64,000 bases of DNA, taken from assembly GCF_006345805.1 (NCBI RefSeq), contig NC_043001.1:107508001-107572000 (forward strand), written 5' to 3'. This DNA is from Octopus sinensis. Its lineage: Eukaryota. The position numbers and the translations under genes are program-made. Below the pieces are notes generated by a model. The model searched no databases and was not told the DNA's origin. It saw only the letters and a program-made list of their open reading frames with translations. Below, piece by piece: positions 1-12,610 of this stretch (within the stretch, counting starts at the first letter, position 1; every line of letters starts with the position of its first letter).

Positions 1-139
1 GTGTGTAAATATATACCTACATACAAACACACATATATATACATATATAAATACATGTATGCATAAATACATATATACATGCATATATATCTGTATATAT
101 ATATATATGAGTGTGTGTGTGTGTTTATATGTATATATT

Positions 140-179
140 ATGTACATATTTATGTATTTGTGTTTGTATCTATCTATCC

Positions 180-225
<46 letters not shown>

Positions 226-226
226 G
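140..226. repeat. (TA)n/(TCTA)n compound microsatellite; representative of dozens of TA, CA, TCTA, TATG and AAT arrays in the window
   Basis: Direct reading of tandem units; these arrays generate most of the spurious I/Y/L/S-rich ORFs in the track. Confidence 0.95.
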
Positions 227-1409
227 TGGACGCTTATACAGTGTCTTGTAACGTGTATGAAGAACCCCCTAATTTTGGGGGCATAAAATTAGGAAAAAAT
301 GTTCCTCCCTCAACCCAAGAACATTACTGTAATGATGAAAAATTTATTTTCAATTGCTCTTTTTTCGCAGGAACAATTATTTTCATCTATATATGCGGAA
401 CTTCATTTTATTAATTTTTTCATTAATTTTATATTGCATTTATGTTTACAGTGCAATAGAGTACATATTATATACGTTTCACATTATGTAACTAATTATG
501 GATTAAAGTTTTGGGTTTTATATTTTTATAACCCGCGTAAATAAAAATAGAGCGAAGATGTTGATAGTAATGGTCCGTGAAAAAATTTATAATATCCGTT
601 TGTAATTTCATTCCATGTTGTTCAGGATGTTGTCTAGGCAACGATGACAGACTTTAACGGAAAGTATATCGAAAAGATTACAAAATTTATAATAGTAGGA
701 AGATTTTGTCTTTGGGGCGCTAGAACACTGTGCACTACGTTTGCAGTAACGTTCAATTTAACTAGCAGTTTAAACTAGATTACATTTCTTCTGTTCATCG
801 TTCATTTCTGTTTGTGATGGGTGAGTCATTCTTCGTGTGAAATTCATTCTCACTTACACTCCTTTGAGCTATTGCATCATTCTGGAAGATAATTGATGAT
901 GTATATAATGACGTCTTCTGGATGTTTACAGGAGTAATGTTCGCCTGAGCCAACATTTAATAATGTTAACTCCAGTTGTTTCCCCACTCACATGCTTACT
1001 TCTCTCTAAAAGACCCGTATAGCCAGCATACAAATAGCATGGGAACGAATTATAAGGGACTCGCATCGTCTTCATTTATTTAGGTTAAAGGATGGACAAA
1101 ATTCGGCATTCTTGTCCCAATAAATGTGATCATTCAGGGACCAAGTTTCGGAATTGTCAATGAAGTTACTACATTTTTCAAAGGACCAAGCGTTACAAGC
1201 TTTAATTGGTAAGTTCCCGATATTGGAATAGTCGGTGATATCTCTCATCCGAATCGATCCTATGGGAAAAGGAACAACCTAGATAGTTTATAGAGGACAA
1301 AAATATTCCAGGTTAATTTACACCATTTCGTAGTCGTTGTTTCCAACGAGCTAAGTAGGATAGTTGCGTATTTTTTTAAAGCTTAATACTTATTCCGTAT
1401 ATATCTTTT

Positions 1410-1655
1410 ATCGAAGACCTATATTACGGGGGCGTAAACAAAAGAACACCGGCTGTCAATCAGTGGTGGGTGACAAACAAAACAGAAAGTCCCAGACACA
1501 TGTTTTAGTTTCTGTCTACGAAATCTATTTACATGGCTTTGGTCGATCCGGATCTACTGTAAGAAAACACTCGCCCACGCTACCGCACAGTGAAACTGAA
1601 CTCGAGACCACGCCGTTGAAAAGGAAGTTCTTAACCGCTGATCCATGCCTGCGCC
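1410..1655 (-). mobile_element. Degenerate tRNA-headed SINE (family S1, same family as 37891-38306)
   Basis: Diverged match to the head and body of the 37891-38306 and 57905-58320 copies. Confidence 0.6.
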
Positions 1656-2366
1656 TGATTAATCATCGACACGTTACATCCCTTGCCCTGCAATTTCTTT
1701 TCGTGATGGCTTACAAGTTCCACTCCAGCATAAAAATAAAGTAGGCGTTTGCATACTTGATGTAGTGAGCCAAACAAATTTAATTAATAAAAATTATAGC
1801 CTTAGTGATGAGAACAATCGTTTCCTAAATGACTAAATCCGGTCAAACAAAGGCAGGGGTGAGTCAATCCCGAATACTTTTCATGTAGCTTTAAAATTAA
1901 TTTAATATGGAATGCAGTTGGCTGGTAAGCCTAGCCTTCTGCGTTGACAACTCCAGACACGTTTTCAGTCTACTTTACTACTGAAGAAGTAAAGGCAAAA
2001 CAACAATAACAACAAAAAAAAACTAGATAAAAGTAGCTGTACAATGATTGGCAGACATGTTGAATTTTTATAAGTCTTTGTTTGTCACACCATACTGGCG
2101 TTGTTTGACGTCGAAGATCGATTACCAGCAGTTTTATACGTGGCATTGCTTACAGAGCTTAAGAACACAACATTGAATAAAAGAAATTTTACTGCGAATT
2201 TGCTGACTTTGGTCCGCAATTTTCACACAGGCACACGAACACACACAAACATACACATATACAGTGTATGCGTAAGTGTTTGTATATATTATATATAAAA
2301 TACACGCATATTATATACGTATATATATGTATATATAAATATATGTATACATATACACATACATAC

Positions 2367-2417
<51 letters not shown>

Positions 2418-2421
2418 TGTA

Positions 2422-2452
<31 letters not shown>

Positions 2453-2475
2453 AACATTTATATATGTATGTATAT

Positions 2476-2532
<57 letters not shown>

Positions 2533-2920
2533 TCAACAGCCCTTACCGTTTGTTTTAACTGTCCTGTTTTTGTTACCAACTTTCACCCTCCGCAAAAAAT
2601 CCCAAACTTTACATAATTTGCTTTGCGGGATCGACTGTTTTGACGAAGACGCATCTTGCCATAACGCTCGAAATGCGGAGTAGATAAAACAGTGAGCAAC
2701 TGATGAAGGGATTGTTCTTTATGTTGCCTGTCTCGTTTTTCATGTTGTTTACGTTTTTTGACGTCCTGTACCCACATATGCATGCGTATATACATATTTA
2801 TGCAAGTATGTACATGTATGTATATATGGATATATATATATATTATTTATATGATATATATACGCATGTATGTATATATATATATACACACATATTCATT
2901 CATTCGTGCCTTGTAGCACT

Positions 2921-3065
2921 TAAGGCGACAGCAAGATCATTCCACATTCTAACACTGAAAACGTCCTTGACAGCTTGTTCAATTGTTATCCTTCTGCTTT
3001 TAAGATATCTTTTTATTGTTCTCTGCCTCATATCCTCAGGTCGGTCACGTCTTTTTTTACCTATA
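2921..3065 (-). mobile_element. RTE-clade LINE 3'-end fragment
   Basis: Minus strand reads PIGKKRRDRPEDMRQRTIKRYLKSRRITIEQAVKDVFSVRMWNDLAVALSATRHE*, resembling the RTE ORF C-terminus (GKRxRGRP...W...ALxATRHEE). Confidence 0.6.
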
Positions 3066-3422
3066 GGTGTATGTATATATTTATTATATGATACCTTAAT
3101 ACTGTGTGAACTAAGATCCCCTTTGACAGGCCGCTGGTATTTATAGAATGCTAAACAGTTTCGGTATGCAAATTAGGGACTCCTTCATAGAATAACTGCT
3201 GCATTTGCTGAGTATATTAACGGTTTGGCAGCTTCTTTCTCTGAAGAATGATGTAGACGCCTCTGACGAGAACCCAATAATGTCCGAAAACCGATTAAAG
3301 TGGTTCATCATTCTTTTTTGGTTAAAATTTGCCCTGTTTATAATTATACCATATGCCATATATACATACATACATACACACACACGCACTCACACACACA
3401 CACATATATATATATGCGTACA

Positions 3423-3618
3423 TTCTTTTATTTGTTTCAATCATTTGACTGTGGCCATGCTAGAGCACCGCTTTTAGTCGAGCTAGCGACCGTGCTTATT
3501 CTATCGGTTCCTTATGCCGCACTTTTATGTGACGGGGACGTAAGCACACCAGCATCTGTTGTCAAGTGATGTTGGGGAGACAAACACAGACACACAAACA
3601 TACATACACACGCGCATG

Positions 3619-3651
<33 letters not shown>

Positions 3652-3653
3652 TA

Positions 3654-3693
<40 letters not shown>

Positions 3694-3857
3694 GACGGGC
3701 TTCTTTCAGTTTCCGTCTACCGAATCCACTCACAGGCTTTGGTCGGCCTGTGACTATTGTAGTAGAAGACACGTTCCCAAGGTGCCACGCAGTGGGACTG
3801 AACCCAGAACCCTGTGGTTGGTAAGCAAGCTACTTACCACACAGCCACTCCTGTGCC
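3423..3857 (-). mobile_element. tRNA-headed SINE family S1, near full length, internal (TA)n expansion at about 3600-3692
   Basis: Head aggagtggctgtgtggtaag..., core gtggcaccttgggaacgtgtctt, tail ggtgctctagcatggccacagtcaaatgattgaaac; matches other copies in the window. Confidence 0.85.
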
Positions 3858-4279
3858 TACATAGTAATTTCTGTTCCATACTTAACGTGTGTACACCGTT
3901 AATAGTCATGATACTGCAGTTTCCGTCCAAGATATGATCTCTTACACACGTGATGTGTTAAAAACACAATATACATTGGATGGGGACGAAAACGGGTAAA
4001 GAGAACGCCATATGCATTGCTGCCTGTTTAGGCCTTGTCAATAAGGCTTACTCACAGTCATATACTTCTACGAAATTTGTCACCTCCAATATGCTGGAAA
4101 ATATGACTAATGCGTTCACTGATGTTGCGAATAGATGCCGGATTGAATAAAATCACAGTGTATGCAATTGAAGCAGCATCAAATTAAAATAGCCATCTAC
4201 GTATCATTCTAAACGTATATACACCGTCGACAGAAGAATACTGAAGTTTTTATCCGAGATAAAATCTCTTGTAGTCATT

Positions 4280-4480
4280 GGTTTCAAATTTTGCCTCAAG
4301 GCCAGCAGTTTTAAAGGTGTAGGTCTATCACATCGACCAAAGTGTTCAACTGCTCCTTATTTTATTGACTCCGAAAGGATGAAAGGCTATGTCAGCCCCG
4401 TCACGAATTGAACCCAGAATGTAAAAACGGAGAAAATGTTTCTAAGCCGTTTGCTCGGTGTGCTAACGATTTAACCAGTA
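4280..4480 (-). mobile_element. Degenerate SINE family S2, tail-2 variant (ggccttg-type end)
   Basis: Body ttgactccgaaaggatgaaaggc matches the S2 copies. Confidence 0.6.
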
Positions 4481-5138
4481 AGCCGCCACAACAACACAGT
4501 ACAGATCAGAGGAAATTGTGTGGGGTATTTGGCTCCTATTTCTAGGAAGTGGAATTAAAAATAGAAGCTCCCTCTTAGTGAAGGAGTGAATGTCAATGAT
4601 GAATGAAATTTTCGTTAAGGCGACAAGTGTATTACTCCTGTCACTTGTGTATACATTGTGGGGCAACCAGTGAAGTCTGAAGAAGGAAAAGTATGAACAT
4701 CACATAATCTCAAAGCTGTCTCCTTTAAGTTAAAGTCATGTCTTTAAATTCATTATCAAAATATTACCCTTTATAAGCTTCTCCATTATAAATGCCTGTA
4801 TGTGTGTGTTGTGTAGAATAAGTTGGTGAACTAAATACGAGATGGATCAATAAGTAGATAGCGATAGATAAAGAGAAAGAGGGAGGAGGGAGAGAGAGAG
4901 GACTTGAAGGTAAGAGTGTGGGGAGTTTATTGGGGATTTCGTGAACCGATAGATGAAGTCACACAAGTCTCAGCTGGCACACGATCAGGCTACGGTTAAA
5001 TTTAAACAACCATCTGCAGAAATGTAACAGGTGTTGTTATTGTGAATATCTAAAGAATATTCGATAATATGTGAGTGGATGTTGAAACGATGGAAATTAT
5101 AAATGCACACCCGTTCATATAGAAATGGATAGATGTAA

Positions 5139-5204
<66 letters not shown>

Positions 5205-5207
<3 letters not shown>

Positions 5208-6301
5208 AGATATAGCAAGGTACTAGCCGTAGATAGAAATAGAGTAGATGGTGAGTTAGTTAAGAAGTTAGAAGAGGCAATAAGAAGCGGCATCACATCC
5301 GACGTTTTAGAGGCGAGGTTGGCCCTTGACCAACACTTCAACGCCAAACACGAAGGGTGTGCTGTCAGAGCTAGGATGCGTGCTCTAAGGATGGAAGGTG
5401 TTGGAGCCGCGAGAGAGACCCGGGTGGCGGAGGCACAGCAGAGCAACAAAGCCACCAGTCGGTCTCTGGTAGATGAACAAGGGCGCGAATTGCTCGAGCC
5501 TAGCAAGATGTGCGAGACATTTCAGCGGCACTTTGCCCGACTGTACGGGACGAGTGGTGAGCGTGAACGCAGGGTGGACTTCAGTGCCTACCTGCACAGC
5601 CTACCACGACTCTCGGCAAGAGAGGCAGAGTGCTGCGAAGGTGCCATCACGGCGGCGGATGTGCGGGACGCGATGGCAGAATGCTTGAGAGACAAATAAC
5701 CGGGTTTGGATGGTCTGCCCTACAAGTTTTACAATTGTATGCCAGACTTGTTTGGAGACGTCTTGGCAGCGGTATACTGCAACTGGCAGCAAAACGGGAG
5801 CATACCCGGTTTTGTGAGTCGAGGAGCCGTAACGCTGCTGAAGAAAGATCCAAACAAGGGGAACATTATAGATAACATTAGACCAATCACTCTGCTCAAT
5901 GCAGACCTGAAAAGTTTGACAAAGGTGTTAGCCAAGAGGTTGACGCTTGTCATCGAGAAACTGGTCGACAACGCACAAACGTGCGCCGTGCCGGGCCGGA
6001 GCATACATGACAACCTCCATCTGATGCGCTACATCATAGACAGAGTAGTTAAGGAACCTGACATGGGTGGGGCCCTGATCAACTTGGATCAATCGAAAGC
6101 CTTCGATAAGGTAGACCATCGATACTTGAAGGCAGTCCTGAGAGCGGCTGGTTTCGGTCCCGTCTTCCGCGGCTGGATAGCTGCCTTGTACAGAGGCATC
6201 CGTTCGGTAATTCGCGTAAATGGACATCTATCGAGACCTTTCGACATTGCACGTTCGGTCCGTCAGGGATGCCCCCTCTCGGCGCTTCTATACGTATTGA
6301 C

Positions 6302-6302
<1 letters not shown>
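5205..6302 (+). mobile_element. Tx1/L1-type non-LTR retrotransposon ORF2 internal fragment (linker + N-terminal RT), copy A, truncated at both ends and embedded in (TCTA)n
   Basis: ORFs 5319-5699 and 5706-6635 give [22 protein letters not shown] and [11 protein letters not shown] motifs; premature TAA at 5697-5699 where copy B has TCA; collinear with 24407-25505. Confidence 0.93.
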
Positions 6303-6389
<87 letters not shown>

Positions 6390-6427
6390 CCTGTCTGTCT
6401 GTCTGTCTATCTATTTATTTATCTATA

Positions 6428-6479
<52 letters not shown>

Positions 6480-6908
6480 ATCTATCTATCTATTTATATA
6501 TATATGTATGTATACATGTATGTATATAATTACACACAAATATGTGTTTGTGTATGTATTGCGAATATTACGTGTATGCGTGTATACGCACTCGTTAGAT
6601 TGGTTCACAAATTTTCAAACTTAAGCGAACATTGATAGCCATCGTTTCTGAATTCATTTTAGTCGATTTTTGAACTACCATCCAATTTACATTTACCTAC
6701 TTTTTTATTTCCTTGCTCAACAACTCAATAAAATGCTTTTTACATTCTTTTACAACCCTGGAATGTTCTTCTTCTTCACGTCAAACCGAATTATTTCAGT
6801 TTTCAAGTGTTTGCTACTTATATTCTGATAACCAACATTAATAGTTTTGTTCTCATCCTACTGTTTTCCGCTTTTCGTCTTTTCCTCGCTGAAGCAATTT
6901 CGCAGCGG

Positions 6909-7128
6909 CTACGTCTGGGCTATGCCTGGGCTATGCTGGGGCTATGCTGGGGTTATGCTGAGGCTATGCCAGGGCTATGTCTGGGCTATGCCAGGGCTCT
7001 GCCATGGCTATGCTGGGGTTATGCTGAGACTATGCCAGGGCTATGTCTGGGCTATGCCAGGGCTCTGCCAGGGCTATGCTGGGGTTATGCCGAGGCTATG
7101 CTAGGGCTATGTCTAGGCTCTGCTGAGG
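6909..7128. repeat. GC-rich 11-bp minisatellite (CTATGCYRGGG-like, 20 monomers) with a 66-bp six-monomer higher-order period
   Basis: Monomers read directly at 6909, 6920, 6931 ... 7118; the variant order starting at 6942 recurs at 7008 and 7074. Confidence 0.92.
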
Positions 7129-7299
7129 CTCTCTCTACCTTTTAGGTTTAGTCAAACAAATCTGCTCCACAATTTATTTTCAGTGTGAAACTTTATCAAA
7201 ATCTTTTGTTGAGCTCCTCCTTTATGTGACGTAATGAATCAACATTGGTGTTATGAAGTGGTTTGGGGAGAATCACAAACAGAAACATACACAAATACA

Positions 7300-7349
<50 letters not shown>

Positions 7350-7639
7350 ACACACACACGTATACTCGCACAGACACTCACATAAGATTGGTGGGTCCAT
7401 ATATATATATATATATATAAATATACATCAACCATCCCACGGATTGGATGATCCAAAATGCCGCACAGGAGGACGGAAATCGTAGGTATATGATTGCAAA
7501 GCAAACTTTTAAATCACATAACCATGCATTCAAGTCCTTATCTTTTATCTTGTCTCAGTCATTAGACTGTGGCAATGCTGGGGCACTGCATCTGCATATT
7601 TAATATCATTATGTACACACACGCACACACGTGTGTGCA

Positions 7640-7762
7640 TGTGTATCTTTGTGTCTGTGTTTGTTGCCTACTACTCTTTGACAACAAGTATTGGTGTATA
7701 TACGTCCCCGTTACCTAGCACTTCGGCAAAAGAGACCGAAAGAATAAGTACCAGGCGTTACA

Positions 7763-7827
<65 letters not shown>

Positions 7828-8240
7828 TAATAATAAATATGAGAGGTAAGGAAAAAATAGCAATGTACCAGGACCTAGCTATTGAATTACAGAGACTATG
7901 GAAAGTGCGGGTAAAAGATATCCCAGTAGTCATAAGTGCATTGGGAACTATCCCTAAATATCTGAAGGGGTGGATTGAGGAAATAAGCTTAAAACCCAGT
8001 TTAGTACGGCTCCAGAAAACAGTGTTAATAGGGACAGCTAGAATGCTTAGGAGCATTCTTGGTATCTAAGGTCATGTGTTGTAACCCGATCTTAGGATTT
8101 CTTTTCTTTTCCAATGGTCTAATCTGTTGTGCGTATATGATAATAATAAATATAAAATAATTAAAGTGGTCCATTCGTGGGACTAAAATTCTTCAAGGTG
8201 GTTCCCGAGCAAGGCTGCAGTCTAATGACTAAGACGAGTA
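7640..8240 (+). mobile_element. S1 SINE split by a (TAA)n array and an R4/Dong-like LINE fragment
   Basis: S1 body up to gaataagtaccaggcgttac (about 7760) resumes at about 8165 with gactaaaattcttcaaggtggttcccgagcaaggctgcagtctaatgact. Confidence 0.7.
7839..8149 (+). mobile_element. R4/Dong-like (RLE-type) LINE 3' end, 5'-truncated, flanked by TAA repeats
   Basis: ORF 7839-8069 EKIAMYQDLAIELQRLWKVRVKDIPVVISALGTIPKYLKGW...LQKTVLIGTARMLRSIL matches the RLE-LINE C-terminus; (AAT)n at 7763-7836 and TAATAATAA at 8141-8149. Confidence 0.85.
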
Positions 8241-8544
8241 GAAGAAATGATAAAAGATTGCGTATATGGGCATGTTTGTCAGTGTTAGTATATCTATATT
8301 TTCGCTCGGTAATTAATATTGCTTGGCCCTACAATGGACTTCATCAAGCGAAACTAAGTCCAATGTTATTCAAGCTATAACCATTTCACAATGGTTAGAA
8401 CTGCGTTATCCTATGTATTTCTCTAGAAATAGGGTAGACTGCGATTCGATGGCTTGCAGACATTTTCGTTACTAGATACAGAAGGTTTTGTAACCAAGTA
8501 GACAGATACTTTAGATCCGATGTTGCTGTTTAACCCTAAGTGGG

Positions 8545-8732
8545 CCCGAATTGAGCAGAAATATGAACGATTCCAGACGAGAAACCTTCGTTTAGAAGAG
8601 AATCACGTATTGAAAATAAAAATATTGTACTTGCTCCAACCCGAATTTAGCAGAAATATGAACGATTTCAGATGGGAAAACTTCCTTTAGGAGAGAATCA
8701 CATCTTTAAAATAATAGTACCGAACTTGCTCC
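8545..8732. repeat. Diverged tandem duplication, period 95 bp, 2 copies
   Basis: cccgaattgagcagaaatatgaacgattccag...acttgctcc at 8545 and cccgaatttagcagaaatatgaacgatttcag...acttgctcc at 8640. Confidence 0.85.
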
Positions 8733-9503
8733 GCCATTGTCAAAGACATTTCTGTGCAAGATGAGTGACTTCACAGATTACTTATAGCATTACGAGAAAC
8801 CAAAAGAGATTCATTTTTCGAAAAGTGAGAAAAACTGTGGTGACAGTGCGTTCTTTGGTATTGCTTTATAAAAATATGTGCCCGTCTATATTAATTTTCG
8901 CAAAACAAGAACAAAGGAATGAATGAGTGCATATAAATATACATAAAGTCATATTTGCTGTTAGAAATGTTGAAGCTAAGGTGACCTCAAGAAGGCGTCC
9001 GTTCAGCCATGAGTAACCAGTTGTTTAGAATACGAGGGAGCACATTGTCAACGTAGCTTCGTTTTCGTAAGATGTTAGAGTGGATTTAAAGAAAATTTCA
9101 CTCTCATTTCTAGCAGTTCGACTGAACAGGTTCACGTTTTCTGGTTTTCTAACGTTATGCAAATTATGAAAGGTTTTGTTAGTTTGAGGCATAGAATATT
9201 AATCAATAATTTTTTTCCTTATATATGGAACTCTGTGTGGCTAAATTTAAAATATAAAGTAAACGCATATTCAAAACGTCTATCAATGATGCACGTAATG
9301 TAGGTCTTCTAATACATGGAAACGGAAAAAAATATTTACGCAAAGGGCAAATGCAATTTCTAAATTTCAGACATGCAGTCATATTGATCCCTCTCGATAG
9401 CAATAATCTGTCTGTCTAGCTGTCTGTCCGAATGTTTCAATCTCCCTTTCTCTCTCTCTTCCATTCTCTGTTCACACACACATATTTAAATGTATATATA
9501 TAA

Positions 9504-9568
<65 letters not shown>

Positions 9569-9572
9569 GTGT

Positions 9573-9620
<48 letters not shown>

Positions 9621-9644
9621 TTATATATATCATATATATGCGTG

Positions 9645-9687
<43 letters not shown>

Positions 9688-9747
9688 ATGTATGTATATA
9701 TACATATATACACACTAACATATATATGCACCTATGTATATATATGT

Positions 9748-9932
9748 AGGCGGCGAGCTTGCAGAATAGTTCTGAATTCAAATTCCGCCGAGGTCGATTT
9801 TACATTTCATCCTTTCGGGGTCGATTAAATAAGTACCAGTTGCGCACTGGGGGCGCTGTAATCGATTTAAACCTTTTGTGTGTCCACTTTTGTCCCCTCT
9901 ATGTTTAGCCCCCTGTGGCCAATAAAGAAATA
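9748..9932 (+). mobile_element. SINE family S2, tail-1 (ends gccccctgtggccaataaagaaata), internally deleted
   Basis: Head ggcggcgagcttgcagaa, body ttcaaattccgccgaggtcga...aagtaccagtt, AATAAA at 9921-9926. Confidence 0.85.
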
Positions 9933-9969
9933 TATATATATATATGTATATGTTTATGTATACATACAT

Positions 9970-10001
<32 letters not shown>

Positions 10002-10037
10002 ATATATGTATACATAAACATATACATAGATACATAG

Positions 10038-10068
<31 letters not shown>

Positions 10069-10347
10069 AAACTATTTAATAATATAATGAAGATATAAAA
10101 ATTTCTATATATAATTTTTGTGTATGCATGCATGCTTGTGTCTAAAATAAAGGTATTATATAAAATGCGACACGATATATTTAAGCGAATTATTTTGCAT
10201 ACATACCCGTATCCACCTACCTATGTATATTGTATATAGGTGTGTGTTTGCGTGTGTGTGCGTGTGCGTGCATGTATGTGCGTTTGTAACGTGGCAGAAT
10301 GTCAAGTTGAAAGACACACACGCACACACGCACGCATATGTGTGTGT

Positions 10348-10391
<44 letters not shown>

Positions 10392-10408
10392 TATACATAT
10401 ATATATAC

Positions 10409-10450
<42 letters not shown>

Positions 10451-10500
10451 GATGCATATATATATGTATATATGTATATATACATACATGCATTTGTATA

Positions 10501-10554
<54 letters not shown>

Positions 10555-10851
10555 GTTGCTTTTGGTAAATCTTTGTACCATTGTGAATTATCGTATGTAT
10601 GCATATATTTGTGAGTATGTGTGAGTATGTTAATGTGCGCTCGAGTGCCGATATATACTTAAATGTGATACTATCGCCTTCTCTTTGCAATGTATGTTTG
10701 AAGAAAATAACCTAATTCTTATAATACCCTGTTTACATTTGTATTTTTCACACGCACAAAACCCGCATGCATATATGATAGAAAGGTAGCCAAATAGATG
10801 GATATATAGATAGATAGATAGACAGATAGATAGACAGACAGATAGATAGAC

Positions 10852-10919
<68 letters not shown>

Positions 10920-11073
10920 GTACGGAAATATGTTCACATTTATATATATGCTAGTATATATACATGCACATGTATATATGTGTTGTGTGTATGTATCTAT
11001 CTATCCATATATATATAATATATCTATCTACCTATCTATCTATCAATATATATATATTATATATATGTATATA

Positions 11074-11119
<46 letters not shown>

Positions 11120-11556
11120 ATATTTATATAAAGAGGTCCACCACATACATATCCATGCGCTTACATGCCTACACACGCACTTGTCCTGCCTTGCCTTACC
11201 TGTGAGTCAAGTGTTGTAAAGTTTTTCTCGTTTGGTCCTTACTTTTTTTTCCTCCTCTGCGGCTGTTGTCGTCTTAGACAATTCTGTGTGTTAAAGGAAG
11301 TCAAGTCTACTTATGACTAAGTTTAATACAACAGAACGCTAATATAATGCTGCTCAGCGATTGGGTTAATTGTCAACGTCACTTTTAGACTTGTCACAAC
11401 TTATATTCGATCAAATATTTTGATCTGGCTGTGCAAGCTATTGAAATCGATTTAAAACTGTTTTTATCGACGCTCACAAACATACGCATACACATAAATA
11501 CACGTAGATGAGAGTGTGTATGTGCGTGTGTGTCTGCGTGTATGCACTTACATTTA

Positions 11557-11611
<55 letters not shown>

Positions 11612-11944
11612 GTGTGTATGTATGCATGTATGTGTATGCATATCACGAGTATTAACGTAACTTTTATAGTTATATATCGACTTAAAAGTTTGTATCAATC
11701 GCAAACTGTCTATCTATCTATTTATCTATCTGTATGTATATATGTATGTGTATATGTGTGTATGTGGGTGCCTGTGTATGAGTGTGTGTGTGTGTATATA
11801 TGTAATATACATATATATGCGTATATGTATACATATACATAACTGTATAAATATATATATATATATAAATGTATATATATATAACTGTATATATATAATA
11901 TATATATATATATATAAATATGTATATAGATATACATACCTCTA

Positions 11945-11991
<47 letters not shown>

Positions 11992-12014
11992 ATCTATCTA
12001 TCTATCTATCTATC

Positions 12015-12074
<60 letters not shown>

Positions 12075-12090
12075 CATATATACATATATA

Positions 12091-12280
12091 GGCGCCGGAG
12101 CGGCCGTGTGGTAAGAAGCTTGCTTCCCAACTACGTGATTTCGAGTTCAGTCCGACTGCGTGGCACATTGGGCAAGTGTTTACTGAGTGGATTTGGTAGA
12201 TGGAACCTGAAAGAAGCCCGCCGTATGTCTATATGTATGTGTGTGTGTGTGTCTTTGTTTCTGTGTTTGTCAACCTTTAC
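12091..12280 (+). mobile_element. S1 SINE 5' portion
   Basis: aggcgccggagcggccgtgtggtaagaagcttgc...gtggcacattgggcaagtgt. Confidence 0.75.
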
Positions 12281-12360
12281 ACATTATCAGTCTTATATCT
12301 TCACATCAAATATATTCTTTTCTACTCTTGAACCCAGAGTGTAAAGACAGACGAAATACC

Positions 12361-12591
12361 TATTTCTTTATTACCCACAAGGGGCTAAACATAGAAGGGA
12401 CAAACAAGGACAGACAAACGGATTAAGTCGATTACATCGACCCCAGTGCGTAACTGGTACTTAATTTATCGACCCCGAAAGGATGAAAAGCAAAGTCGAC
12501 CTCGGAGGAATTTGAACTCAAAACGTAACAGCAGACGAAATACCGCTAAGCATATCGCCCGGCGTGCTAACGTTTCTGCCAGCTCGCCGCC
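12361..12591 (-). mobile_element. S2 SINE, tail-1, full length
   Basis: Complete head-body-tail; ends agccccttgtgggtaataaagaaata. Confidence 0.9.
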
Positions 12592-12610
12592 TTCATAATA
12601 TAATATTTTT

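Noticed and set aside
629-642. X-box-like GTTGTCTAGGCAAC as a promoter call
   Set aside because: Single motif with one mismatch and no associated gene or TSS evidence.
1075-1262. Minus-strand 63-codon frame (SIRMRDITDYSNIG...WDKNAEFCPSFNLNK*) after a good acceptor ccttttcccatag
   Set aside because: No recognisable family, within chance expectation, and no partner exons could be linked.
2699-2740. CTGATGA here and CTGACGA near 3263 as further hammerheads
   Set aside because: No properly spaced GAAA with closing stems I-III.
4056-4093. Minus-strand micro-exon candidate (ttttccag...ILEVTNFVEVYD...gtgagt)
   Set aside because: Good splice signals but only 38 nt; cannot be supported without transcripts.
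6909-7128. CRISPR-like array
   Set aside because: Contiguous 11-bp monomers without unique spacers, in eukaryotic context.
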